A stretch of DNA of 64,000 bases from Patella caerulea (GCA_036850965.1 JAZGQO010000011.1:61815281-61879280); one strand, 5' to 3'. Positions 12,138 through 22,689 are shown, numbered from the stretch's first letter. Numbers and translations are program-made. Notes: a model not told the origin generated them from the letters alone.

Positions 12138-12468
12138 TGGGGATCGAGTGGCTTAGTGGGTAAGGCGCAGGCTCGCTACCCTGGAGGCTGGTGTTCGTTC
12201 CCTGCATTGGCCGAGAAAATTCATTTCGATTTTCCGGCGTGGTTTACCCATGTCAGTGATGCAGAATGGAGAGTCTGACAAGGACAGCTGCCTAGTCTTT
12301 AGGATGGGATGAAAAACCGAGGCAGTGGGAATTTGATATAAGAATAGGTCGTAGCGCCGCTGCCCGGGCAAAATTTCCCTCATAGCACACTGTATGATGT
12401 ATCACTGTCTTCCATTAGCCCAGGTTGGGTACAGAAGAGTAGGACGTTAAACCCCATTTTATTTCATT
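12138..12468 (+). mobile_element. SINE-B, full length, with 12-bp TSD tatagtgaagat
   Basis: Direct repeat tatagtgaagat at 12126-12137 and 12469-12480. tRNA-like head ggcttagtgggtaaggcgcaggctcgctaccctggaggctggtgttcgttccc; tail ...cattagcccaggttgggtacagaagagtaggacgttaaaccccattttatttcattt. Confidence 0.8.
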
Positions 12469-12515
12469 TATAGTGAAGATCTTTGTTTATTTGTCCAAAT
12501 CTGAGATGGAAAAAG

Positions 12516-12655
12516 GGGGGGTTGGGATGGCCTAATGGACTAGAGTGCCGCACTTCGACCTCTAGCTGGCCGGTCACCTCTGGCTTGCGGCTGTGGTTTC
12601 GAGCCCTGGTGTGAGCGTATGTGGCATGGAGATAGGGGCGCCTTCTCAACCTCGT

Positions 12656-12686
<31 letters not shown>

Positions 12687-12809
12687 ACTGCTAAAGACCC
12701 CTACGCGCAAGCGAATTATTGAAATAAAATTAAACCATATGTTAGTCCCGAAATGACCCAGTTTGTGTCGAGTGGACGTTAAACCCTATTTCTCTCTCTC
12801 TCTCTCTCT
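12516..12809 (+). mobile_element. SINE-A (head type 2: gcctaatggactagagtgccgcacttcgacctctagctggccggtcacc...) with (CT)n tail and about 14-bp TSD tgagatggaaaaag
   Basis: Direct repeat ctgagatggaaaaag at 12502-12516 and 12808-12822. A different tRNA-like head from type 1 but the same 3' domain ...ctaaagacccctacgcgcaagcgaattattgaaataaaattaaaccatatgttagtcccgaaatgacccagtttgtgtcgagtggacgttaaacc. Confidence 0.8.
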
Positions 12810-12850
12810 GAGATGGAAAAAGGAAAACAAAAAAAGCAGCTGATAATGAC

Positions 12851-13006
12851 CTTTAACCCTTTCAGCATCTTGTTGTTTTTGTTGTTTATATTGCAATAGT
12901 TGTTTATTATGAAGAGTTATCTGTTTCTGTATCTCCTCTTCGTCACAAACATCTTCTAATCTCTCCATCGCTTCTTCAACACGCGTAAAATCATTCTTTA
13001 ATACGA
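12851..13006 (-). CDS. exon 5 of the minus-strand gene (V)VLKNDFTRVEEAMERLEDVCDEEEIQKQITLHNKQLLQYKQQKQQDAERVK
   Basis: Acceptor ttttttttatcctgttttattctag|tc. The donor chosen is AAAG|GTCATT (weak) because it closes phase with exon 6; an alternative AGG|GTTAAA donor at 12858 does not. Confidence 0.6.
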
Positions 13007-13049
13007 CTAGAATAAAACAGGATAAAAAAAAAACCTTTAATTTAAACAC

Positions 13050-13580
13050 TACATTATTTGTACCTGGTGTTGGCAAACAAATTTTCTCTGGAATTTGCAG
13101 GATGGTTTACCCTGGAGGACAAGGCATTGTCTAAGTACCATGGACACATTGATGAGCAAATAAAACACAAAATTTTTTGTACCTAGTGTTGGAAGAGAAA
13201 TTTTCTCTGGAATTTCCCGTTTGGTTTACCCTGGAGGGAGAGGCAGTATCTAGTCATTTGGTTTGGTCGAAAAATGGAGGTACCATGTACACATTGGTGA
13301 GCACGTAAAACACTAAATTTTTGGTACCTGGTGTTGGCAGAGAAATTTCCTCTTGAATCTCCAGTGTTGTTTACCCTGAAGGGCAAGGCAGTGTCTAATC
13401 ATTTGGATTGGTCGAAAAGCAGAGTTACCATGTACCCATTGGTGAGAACGTAAAAGAACACTTGAAATTTGTAATTTAGGCCATAGTGCCGCTGTCTGGG
13501 TACAATTTAATTCTGCATGGCTCTAGTCGTCTTCATTAGCCCAATCAGTGCAGAAAATGAAGACATAAAACCCAATGACC
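13050..13580 (+). repeat. SINE-B-derived tandem array: internal SINE-B segment (about 120-147 bp) repeated 3 times, then a normal SINE-B tail
   Basis: Units begin tttgtacctggtgttggca.agaaattt.ctct.gaat at about 13052, 13172 and 13319. The last unit runs into ...ccatagtgccgctgtctgggtac...cattagcccaatcagtgcagaaaatgaagacataaaaccc. Confidence 0.6.
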
Positions 13581-13697
13581 TTGAAATTCAATACAAATGA
13601 ATACATTGTTTGTTATCATTCGGATGGGATAAAATAATATGAGGTCATGTGTACATGCACGTTTAAGAACCCCTCACAGTTTGAATTTGAGATTTAC

Positions 13698-13830
13698 CTA
13701 GTTTTTCTGTCAGCTGTTCTATAACTTGTAACAACTCAGGTAATTCTTTTATAGAATCTTCTAAATTTCTCATCACTTCTGCCTCTTTCTCCCATTTTTT
13801 AAACACTGTAAATATTTCTTTATCTATAAT
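13698..13830 (-). CDS. exon 4 of the minus-strand gene IIDKEIFTVFKKWEKEAEVMRNLEDSIKELPELLQVIEQLTEKL
   Basis: Acceptor ttattattgttacag|att and donor CTAG|GTAAAT. 44 codons plus 1 nt, with no stop. Confidence 0.7.
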
Positions 13831-14234
13831 CTGTAACAATAATAACAGGATTATTATATATTATATAAAGGGTATTTATACCCGAAACGTTGTCTGAATC
13901 TTCACTTCTACCAAGTCTGTTTGTGATACTGTTTGACAGGGATTTTTAAATTTTATTTTACTCTACTCTCCGCCCAGCCTGCATCATTTTTTGATTCAGT
14001 ATCCACGCAGATGTCTAAGTCAGTCCAGCTTTAATCTACCACCAAGAGAGTGTTGCCATTCCCTTTGTCTTTTCTAATAATAACATAACAAAACACTGTA
14101 TTGGGAGCAAGAGAGAGAAAGGAGCTGAACATTCACTGTGGACAAACTAGGTTATTTTGGGACTAACATGGCTTAATTTGTGTTTCAATAATTTGCTGAT
14201 GTGTACTTGTTTTGAGCAGTTGGAGTAAACGAGA

Positions 14235-14600
14235 GAATCTAGAGATCTGACAGACATACACATTTATCGACAACAGGGTTGGGTGAATGGTTTAACACAT
14301 ATATATGTACTAGAGTCATGGAGTCATGTGGTTTCCCCCTTGCTAGTGGTACAAGATGGAGGCCTGGCAAGGAAAAGCATCTAGTTATTGGGATAGATCG
14401 AAAAAACCTGGGGCCTGTGTATACCTTTAGCAGTATGTGCAAGATTTTCTGACAGTTACAGATCAAAATAAAAATAGTTCTAGAGCTGCCATTAGAGGCC
14501 AAATTTACTTCCTAGCACATTGCATGGCCGTCTTCATCATCCTATTTGGTACAGAAAAGTAAGAATTTAAACCCCATTTCATTTCTATTCTGGTGATAGG
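14235..14600 (+). mobile_element. SINE-B
   Basis: ...agctgccattagaggccaaatttacttcctagcacattgcatggccgtcttcatcatcctatttggtacagaaaagtaagaatttaaaccccatttcatttc. Confidence 0.7.
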
Positions 14601-14632
14601 TTAAATAAAAAGAAATCAACAAATAAAGTTAC

Positions 14633-14693
14633 CTCGGCTTTTTTGGCACTTTGTTTTGTAAATGAATCGATCTCTATCCATGACAAGTGATAC
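14633..14693 (-). CDS. exon 3 of the minus-strand gene (R)YHLSWIEIDSFTKQSAKKAE
   Basis: Acceptor gttttatattttttcag|gt and donor GAG|GTAACT. Phases close with exons 2 and 4. Confidence 0.55.
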
Positions 14694-15449
14694 CTGAAAA
14701 AATATAAAACAAAATGTAAGATGTTCCCCAATAACTGATGCATCTTTCTCGGTCACTGAATGTCTGACTGACAATTCCTATTTATATCATCTGCGGTTGA
14801 TGCCAAATGTTGTGAAATTTTTAATTCATTATATCTTTGTAAATACTGTATAATATAATAATAATAATAATAATCGTTTTCTATAGCGCTGAACATTCAG
14901 TCAGTCTGTCTGCTCTGTGGCCCTTACAATGTAGATATGTTATAAAAAAAACAACAAAACATACACATATATACAAATAAACAAAATAATACAAAGGAAT
15001 AGTTAAGTTACAATATACAAATGTAAAATGAAGCATTTAAATCATTGTTCAAAAGTTTGGGTAAAAAACAGGATTTTTAGGCATCGTTTTAATATAGCCA
15101 AGTTCTGACTATTTTGGACTTCCAGAGATAATTAGTTCCATTCTTTTGGTGCTGCGTAAGCAAAAGCTGTCTCACCAAATTTTGACTTTTGTACTGGACA
15201 CACAAGTTGGTTTTTATGAGATGAACGTAAGGAACGAAATTGAATAAGTTTTTTTTTATTTACATTCCATTTAGAGATGGAACTTTCACAATAAAGTAGT
15301 TGGCTAGGCATTCCTCACATGACATTGAGAGTCTTTAAAAGCAACATACAATGTGCAAGAAATTTCATGTACATGTATATAGTTCTATTCACAGACACAA
15401 AGAACTATTTCTGATTAAAATGCCTCTGATTAATGTATGATCAACAAAC

Positions 15450-15554
15450 CTCTGAAGAAGATCTGCTCCAGCATCGAGACAAATTCCATCTCCCCGTAGT
15501 CGTTTTAACGTCTCACTCTTAGGATGAGTTTCAAAACTTGTCAGTGCTTTTAAC
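15450..15554 (-). CDS. exon 2 of the minus-strand gene (G)LKALTSFETHPKSETLKRLRGDGICLDAGADLLQ
   Basis: Acceptor gtattaacag|gt and donor CAGAG|GTTTGT. 105 nt open. Confidence 0.6.
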
Positions 15555-15894
15555 CTGTTAATACATGTAAATCAAAGTAAAAGTTGATGCTAGTACCATA
15601 GAAACTACCAAAATGTAAATTTTGAGCAGTAAGAGTACTAAACGACGTTTTTTGAATCTTCAGTGAAATGAATTAAATAATCAAATTAAAAGACGTCATT
15701 GTTCTGTTGGCCAGCGCTATGAAAATTAGAATAAAGTACGACCAGAGTTAGAATCTGAAGTGGTCAATGTTATTGAAATGATGGCATCTCCAAGCTGCTT
15801 ATATGCATTAACTCTTCATTTCTCAAATATATCTTCTGAAAACTCTCATTGATATGCAACCAATATAAAGTGTGATGTACAGTAAGGTCATTTT

Positions 15895-16130
15895 GGATCT
15901 AACATTCAATTTTATTCCAATAATTTGTGTGCCTGTAGGGGTCTTTAGCAGTGGGAGGAAACCGGAGGACCTGGAGAAAGCCAATGATATACTAGCAGGG
16001 AGTCAAAATCACACCACTTGACTCAATTGACTAACTTGTGACGCAAGCACACACCTTAACCATTCGGCCACCCAACATCCACTAATAGGAAGATAAACAA
16101 CGGACTTTATTTAAATAAGAGTTTAAACTC
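15895..16130 (-). mobile_element. SINE-A fragment (reverse orientation)
   Basis: ttattccaataatttgtgtgcctgtaggggtctttagcagtgggaggaaaccggaggacctggag... is the reverse complement of the SINE-A conserved domain. Confidence 0.6.
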
Positions 16131-16165
16131 TTCAATAGCCTATCACTAAACAAATTATATCCGCC

Positions 16166-18199
16166 TTGCCAGCTTTTTATGACCTTATTCTTACTGTACT
16201 AAATAAACATGCCCCTATTAAAACCAGACGTGTAAAGTACCATACTCAACCCCCATGGTTTAATGATGAAATTAAAGATGCAAGAAAGAAGCGTGACTAT
16301 TATAAAATGATTGGAAATGACACTTTATATAAACAATGGCGTAATAAAACCAAAAAATTAATTGAGCAGGCTAAAACTGACCATGTTAAAGATATCATCA
16401 TAAATAAAAAAGACAATAAAACCATTTGGCAATATCTAAACTCTCTACAAGGAAAATCGTCATTAGGCCCAAATTACCCGCAAACTATCGAATATCATGA
16501 CTTTAAAACATCTGACCCTACTCAAATTACTGAATTTATGAATGAATATTTTACCAATATAACAGACTCTATAAAGCCTCCTTATAAACCGATCCAACAA
16601 CCACATATTATTCAAAATTATATAAATAACAAAGTCCCCCCAAATTTTCTATATGACTTACCTCCTATATCATTTCCAGAAGTACTGAAATATCTTAAAA
16701 ACCTACAACCAAAAAAGGCAACTGGTTTAGACAATCTTGGACCAAAAATTTTAAAAATGTCAGCTGAGGTGATTGCGAATCCACTAACTCATATTATTAA
16801 TTTATGTTTAACAAATTGTATTTTTCCTGATCAAATGAAAGAAGCAAAAATAGTGCCAATTTTTAAAAAAGGATCCAAAGAAATCATTTCCAATTATAGA
16901 CCAATTTCAATTTTACCAACCATTTCTAAAATTTTTGAGAAACATATATCTATCAATATTAAGTCCTACTTTGATAGTTTCAATTTATTTTATGTAAATC
17001 AGTCAGGTTTTAGAAAGTATCATTCATGTTCTACAGCACTAGTTCGAATTACTGATCACTGGCTTGAAGCTTTAGATCAAGGTAAACTAACAGGTGTTGT
17101 CTACCTGGATTTTAGTAAGGCTTTTGACCTTATTGATCACAAGCTCCTCCTTGACAAACTTGTATTATATAAATTTCATCCTAATCTGCTATATTTGATA
17201 AAATCTTATCTATCAAACCGAAATCAAAAAGTCTGTCTTGGTAATTTCCAATCAATACAAAGGAAACTAAAATGTGGTATTCCTCAGGGATCTATCCTTG
17301 GACCACTTTTATTTCTGATTTTCATAAATGATCTTCCACTTTTTACTAAAAATGTCATTCCCGAAATATTTGCTGATGATACTACCATTCATTTTTCTGA
17401 CAAGAATCTTGACTGCGTTCAAAGTTGTCTTCAAGAAGATTTAGACATTATCAGCCAATGGTGCAATGATAATGGTATGGTTATTAATATAAATAAAACT
17501 AAAAGTATGTTAATAAAAAACGTAAGAGACAGTGGAAAATGTATTTCCCTGTCCATTGGAAACCAGAAATTGGAGAATGTAACGGAAGCTGTCCTACTCG
17601 GAATTACAATAGATGATCACTTAGACTGGGGAAAACATATAATGAAGCTTCACTCTCTTGTTGGGTCAAAAATATATCTTCTAAATAGAATTAAAATAAA
17701 TCTACCTATAGAAACCCGAATTTTGTTTTATAATGCCTATATATTGTCTCATTTAGACTTTTGTAATATTGTTTGGGGTAATGCTTTCCAGAATAAAATT
17801 GACTTCCTATCTAAGCTTCAAAAACGTGCAGCGCGGAGTATCCTCGACGCGAAATATGACGCAAGATCGGCAGACTTGTTCTCTCAATTAAATTGGCTAA
17901 CTCTTGAACAACGAATTAAATATAACACTGGGATACTGACTTATAAAATTATGAATGGAAAATGTCCACATTACTTTCAAAATTATTTTTGCTTACAATC
18001 TTCTATGTCCACTACAATTCTCTGTCTACGTTCGGAAACAAAAAACTCATTACATCTTCCAAAATGTCGTATTGAGGCCATGAAAAGAACTTTTAAATAC
18101 AAGGCTAGCTTACTCTGGAATTCATTACCTCAGGTACTCAAACAATCTAACGATATATTGAGTTTTAAGACGGGACTGAAAAGGGAACTAAAATCTTAA
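16166..18199 (+). CDS. LINE reverse transcriptase ORF (677 aa; frame is open upstream to about 16121 without an ATG)
   Basis: Motifs PWFNDEI, YRPISILPTISKIFEKHI, FRKYHSCSTAL, GVVYLDFSKAFDLIDH, GIPQGSILGPLLFLIFINDL, FADDTTI. Confidence 0.85.
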   Translation: MPAFYDLILTVLNKHAPIKTRRVKYHTQPPWFNDEIKDARKKRDYYKMIGNDTLYKQWRNKTKKLIEQAKTDHVKDIIINKKDNKTIWQYLNSLQGKSSLGPNYPQTIEYHDFKTSDPTQITEFMNEYFTNITDSIKPPYKPIQQPHIIQNYINNKVPPNFLYDLPPISFPEVLKYLKNLQPKKATGLDNLGPKILKMSAEVIANPLTHIINLCLTNCIFPDQMKEAKIVPIFKKGSKEIISNYRPISILPTISKIFEKHISINIKSYFDSFNLFYVNQSGFRKYHSCSTALVRITDHWLEALDQGKLTGVVYLDFSKAFDLIDHKLLLDKLVLYKFHPNLLYLIKSYLSNRNQKVCLGNFQSIQRKLKCGIPQGSILGPLLFLIFINDLPLFTKNVIPEIFADDTTIHFSDKNLDCVQSCLQEDLDIISQWCNDNGMVININKTKSMLIKNVRDSGKCISLSIGNQKLENVTEAVLLGITIDDHLDWGKHIMKLHSLVGSKIYLLNRIKINLPIETRILFYNAYILSHLDFCNIVWGNAFQNKIDFLSKLQKRAARSILDAKYDARSADLFSQLNWLTLEQRIKYNTGILTYKIMNGKCPHYFQNYFCLQSSMSTTILCLRSETKNSLHLPKCRIEAMKRTFKYKASLLWNSLPQVLKQSNDILSFKTGLKRELKS

Positions 18200-18453
18200 T
18201 ATGCAATTATTTTCCTAGTTTTATACTCCCTTTTCATCTTTAATATATATATGTAAATATTAGCTTTAGTTCATTTTATTTTAATGTGTCAATCACATTA
18301 TTCTATATCCATGTTACCTTTTAATATATTGATTTACATCATAATATTCTTATTTTCATTTTCTCACATTATCATTTTGTAAATATGTTATTGTAGTTTT
18401 ATGTAGACAGATCCCAGGGAAGATTGCCTTGTGCAACTGGGTCTCTAATAAAG

Positions 18454-18479
18454 TTATTATTATTATTATTATTATTATT
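18454..18479. repeat. (TTA)n microsatellite forming the LINE 3' terminus
   Basis: ttattattattattattattattatt. Confidence 0.85.
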
Positions 18480-18948
18480 CTGGAATATATTCATTGCTAC
18501 TTTCAATCAACTTGTGCTTATTTCTATTATTGCAGCCATTGAAATTAGTCTATAAATCATAATTTGATTTTTGCATTGTAATTGAATTATCATACCGTCA
18601 GATAACTGCGATTGAACAGGCTTCATACATATAAACTCTGGTACTAATTGCAATATATGTGGATAATTCCCATTATTTATCTCTTTATAATGTAAATTCG
18701 GATGCCGATTAGAGTTTAAGGAAAGCTGTAGCCTAGTTTGGAAACAGTGGAAGTGTCAGTCACTCAGTGTGTGCAGTTCATTCAAATCAAAGTTTCTTCT
18801 GATGTAGCTATTCTAACCAACTACTATAGCCTACTGGTACCACTTTTTAACCACTTTGGGGTCATCTGATCAACCGCTGCACTATAATAATATTGCTCTT
18901 TTTTTTGGCAAACTATATTATAAAGCCATTTTGATGTTGTTGACTTAC

Positions 18949-19010
18949 CCATCAACAATATCCTGTTGAACGCCTTTAATAGTTCCTTTCAGCCCCTTTA
19001 AAACACTCAT
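18949..19010 (-). CDS. candidate first coding exon of the minus-strand gene: MSVLKGLKGTIKGVQQDIVD(G)
   Basis: ATG at 19010-19008 (minus strand) and perfect donor GG|GTAAGT. Phase 2 matches exon 2. Upstream exons cannot be excluded. Confidence 0.45.
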
Positions 19011-19330
19011 CTTGACTTGAGGTGGGAGTATCAATTCGCCATATTGTTCTCTGTTCTAATTATCTTCGATTTATCACTCATAAAAAATCGGATATCTATA
19101 CAGATAAAATAAAAATGGGAATATCTTTTTTTATCACCTAGTTTCAACTACCCTGTAGTCAGCGCCATATTCATATCATGTGATAATCACATGACTACGT
19201 ATAAATAAAAGGGAGATCATTTCAGCTTTTTGTTTTAAGGATGCAGACCACAATTTGTTGTGCGTGTCCTTTCCCCCCACTTTGCTAGGGCCAGTTGTTT
19301 AAGCTTGCGTGGGGCACCTGGCTGAAAATG
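19011..19330 (-). promoter_or_regulatory. possible promoter/5'UTR region of the minus-strand gene
   Basis: Short unique segment between the candidate ATG and an upstream SINE-B. TATTTATA-like motif about 190 nt upstream on the minus strand. Speculative. Confidence 0.2.
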
Positions 19331-19334
19331 TCAA

Positions 19335-19600
19335 CGGCGTCGCCCCCTCCTAGTCACTGGTGGAAGACAAACGACCTGGAAAGGGACAACCTATACTCGT
19401 TCGGATAAGACGAAAATCGGAGGTCCCATGTACTACACACAATGACGTGTACGTAAAAGACTCCATGGCAGATGACATTCGATATAAGAGTAGGCCGTAG
19501 CACCTCTATCCTTGCATAGTTCCATAATACACTGTTTGGCGCATGGCTGTTTTCATTAGCCCAGTCGGAGCAGAACATGGAACCAACCCCATTCATGTAG
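19335..19600 (+). mobile_element. SINE-B
   Basis: ...gtaggccgtagcacctctatccttgcatagttccataatacactgtttggcgcatggctgttttcattagcccagtcggagcagaacatggaaccaaccccattcatg. Confidence 0.65.
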
Positions 19601-19987
19601 GCTACTATTTACTTGATGTCAAGGTTAGTGTCACTTCTACCGAGCAAATCGTGAACTATTTCAACCACGACCTAGCCACTGCGACATTTTATTGGCAAAT
19701 ATATATAAGAAAGCGCGATCCGATCAGTAGATATAAATGGAATGTCGTAAAACAATAATCGAACGATCTACCAGGAATTTACAGGAATTAAAACGATTTA
19801 TGACTAACCTGGAGGCGGTGTGATTAAATGGATTATTGGAATTAAGGGATAATGACCACGTGTTTGATGGCGTTAATCCCGTTATTGGTAATTTCTATTT
19901 TTAGAATGATTGACGTCTGTGGCTGCTTTAATTAGTTTTTTTTATTTTCCGGGTTTATTCAGTGAATATAATATTTCAATATTTATA

Positions 19988-20006
19988 AGAGAGAGAGAGA
20001 GAGAGG

Positions 20007-20045
<39 letters not shown>

Positions 20046-20300
20046 TGTGTGTTTAAAGTCCGATCGACACAAAATAGATCATACTAACGTGGTTGCATTT
20101 TATTTCAATAATTCGCTTGCCCGTAGGGGTCTTTACCAATAGAAAAAAAAATCGACCCGAAAAAAACCCTACCAGATTGGACAGGCGACCCCATTCCTTG
20201 TTAGGTACATCCGGGGAATGGAAACCACACCAGCTGACTCAATGACAGACCTTATGATACAGCGTGCGCGTGCTAACCATTCGGCCATCCACCCCACCCC
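19988..20300 (-). mobile_element. SINE-A (reverse orientation) with (GA)n at 19988-20043
   Basis: (GA)n ...ttttatttcaataattcgcttgcccgtaggggtctttacc...ggacaggcgacccc... is the reverse complement of SINE-A. Confidence 0.7.
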
Positions 20301-20761
20301 CTCTCCACGAGTAAGGCGCTGCCAAACTAAACAGTAGGCCCATTGTTTGATCCCGATGTTGATTATTTTTTTCCGAATTTCCACCAATGATTTACAATGG
20401 ATCCAATTTTAAGTTTATACAATTAATTTTTTGTAAATTTTCGATATTAGTGCGCTGTAAGGCCACAGCCGCCACCCCGTGACCTACTGTGATAAAATTA
20501 CACTGGCAAGGTCCCATTCTGAAATCTGTGCTCCACGCTCCATAATCTCAATATAATTTCGCTGCCTACTGTTGAGGGGCCCGTTCCACAAAATATAGTA
20601 ATTTGATTGGATAATATGTGATTGATTTTAGTGCTTAGCCAATCAAAATTGAAGAATCTACTAAAATTTGGATTTTATCTTTAGTTAAAATTTCGTGAAA
20701 CTGGCCCCAAAACCGGACAAACCCAGCCCTGCAAAAATTCCTGTATCCGCCCCTGGAATGT

Positions 20762-21045
20762 GAAATGAAACGGGGTTTAACGTCCTACTCTTCTGCACCT
20801 AACCTGGGCTAATGGAAGACGGGCATAGCGGAGTTTTCCCGGGCAGTGGCGCTACGGCCTACTCTTATATCGAATTCCAACGCCAATGTGTACACGGGAC
20901 CTCGGTTTTTCGCACTATCGGAATGACTAGACAGCTGTCATTGTCAGGCCCTCCGTTCTGCATCGGTGACCAATCCAGGGATCGAACACGCGACCCCCAG
21001 GCTAGCGAGCCAGCGCCTTACCCACTTAGCCACGTGACCCCCCCC
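20762..21045 (-). mobile_element. SINE-B, full length, reverse orientation
   Basis: gaaacggggtttaacgtcctactcttctgcacctaacctgggctaatggaagac...gatcgaacacgcgacccccaggctagcgagccagcgccttacccacttagccacgtgacc. Confidence 0.75.
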
Positions 21046-22184
21046 CCCAATGTTATCATTTTTTAAATGATTCAACTTTAACAATATTGCAAGAGATTAA
21101 CAATTCTTAAAATGATGTTCATTGACATTTAGTAAGTGTTTTGTTAATTTTTCGTTCAGCTATTTAAATTATTTAGTCGATTTAACTGTTTTCCCCTGAT
21201 TGATTGAAGTTGTGTTCGCTTTTTCTCTTCGGGTCAACGAAATTTGGGACAACATTGGATAATAAGCAACTGTAAATAATGGAAATTCCAAGTAATTTGG
21301 CCAATTATCGATCGCCACAATATTATCCTTGAAAACCTCCCCCATTATTTATCTCTGGTTTTAAACGAAGGTAATAATATATGGAATAGGCCACTGATTT
21401 CAGATTTGTTTTTTTTTTATTATTTCGAAACAACAAATGAAAGAAATGAAACCGAGATTAACGTCCGCTCGACATTAACTACTTCATTTCGAAACTAATA
21501 TTTGGTTCATTTTTATTCAATAATTCGCGCGTTTTTACGGTCTTGCAATGGGGGGAGACTGGAGCGCCTGGCTTGTGTGATTTAACGCAAATTACAAGGC
21601 GGAAGATGGAATGTGGTCTAACTTAAGACGAAATTATCACCAACAAGCTAAAGTCTGGGTCTAAACCCACCCGAAAAGTATTAATTGAAAGCCTAGAATT
21701 CCAACCACCCCTTCCACTGCCTAATATGTAACGATGGAGATATGGCGGTCTGTACCCCCCCCCCCCCCCGCACAAAAAAAAGATGATTTACCCTGCTTTT
21801 CCGTATAGAACCCGTAGAAATATTACGCTGTTTCAATTAACTATACGTTAATTAAAATCCCCAAGATATATGTAGAGGGCGTTCACTTGCCACGTCCCCT
21901 GCTGTTAATCATGCTATTACACTGACTAATATATAACGCTCCATAACAAATCGCTATATGAAGGTTGTTTTTGTTTTTCTTTCACGATGATTAAAACACC
22001 CTCTCTCTTCATTAGCCCTGGACGTTAACCCCCATTTGATTTCATTCCAAAACATCCTTTAATGCCACATGCAATGTATCTTTATTTAATTTTCAAGGAA
22101 AACTGATTGAGGAAGACATAGGTTTATTGAACCTTTCTACTTCTTTAATTAGTGGTACATGTTTTATGTGTTACTACCAGTTAA

Positions 22185-22581
22185 AGTTACATTATGGATG
22201 ATCAGATAAAGAGATGGCAGTTCTCACTATAATAGTTAAAAACTAGATAGTGTAAAGGTAATTTGCTGAAAATTTCAGTCAAATTGGTCCACTATTAGCC
22301 GAGAAAAAAGCGTTTGAAATATTCACATAGCCTCGGTCATCATTACTCAAATCATTAATATAAACAGCATAGTCTCGATTGTGCACTTGTTTGATTTAAT
22401 TATCAACGGCTATTAAGCGGCATATATGAATTCTATCCGCCAACATCGAAGGCTAGCGTTGACTTTAAGAGTTTATTATGGCCTGGATATGTTAATTAAT
22501 GTCTAATTGATTATTTAGATAACATCTCAGGTCTAAAGAAAGACCTGTTATAAGCAGATTTTGCTCTTGCATAATGCTATT
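22185..22581 (+). mobile_element. TTAA-flanked MITE family copy
   Basis: ttaa|agttacattatgg at 22181 ... gcataatgctat|tttaaa. Shared internal core ...ggcagttctcactataatagtt...gaaaatttcagtcaaatt...agcctcggtcatcattact...atagtctcgatt.... Confidence 0.65.
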
Positions 22582-22689
22582 TTAAACGACGTAATTTACT
22601 TACATGTAGACTGTCATGCATGCCACCTGATTGAAATATATATCTTTATTTCGTTTCGTTTTTTTTTTTTTTTTTTTTGATGATCTACA

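Larger units (their letters stand above)
16100..18480 (+). mobile_element. 5'-truncated non-LTR retrotransposon (LINE; CR1/L2/RTE-like), antisense in intron 1 of the minus-strand gene, 3' end (TTA)9
   Basis: Reverse-transcriptase ORF with no upstream endonuclease domain and no in-frame ATG. A 3' UTR of about 280 nt ends in (TTA)n at 18454-18479. Confidence 0.8.

Noticed and set aside
12153-12688. ORFs 12153-12383 and 12464-12688 (also 20812-21066, 39552-39764, 53164-53349, 63439-63747)
   Set aside because: They lie entirely within SINE-A or SINE-B copies. The tRNA-like, GC-rich heads give spurious open frames.
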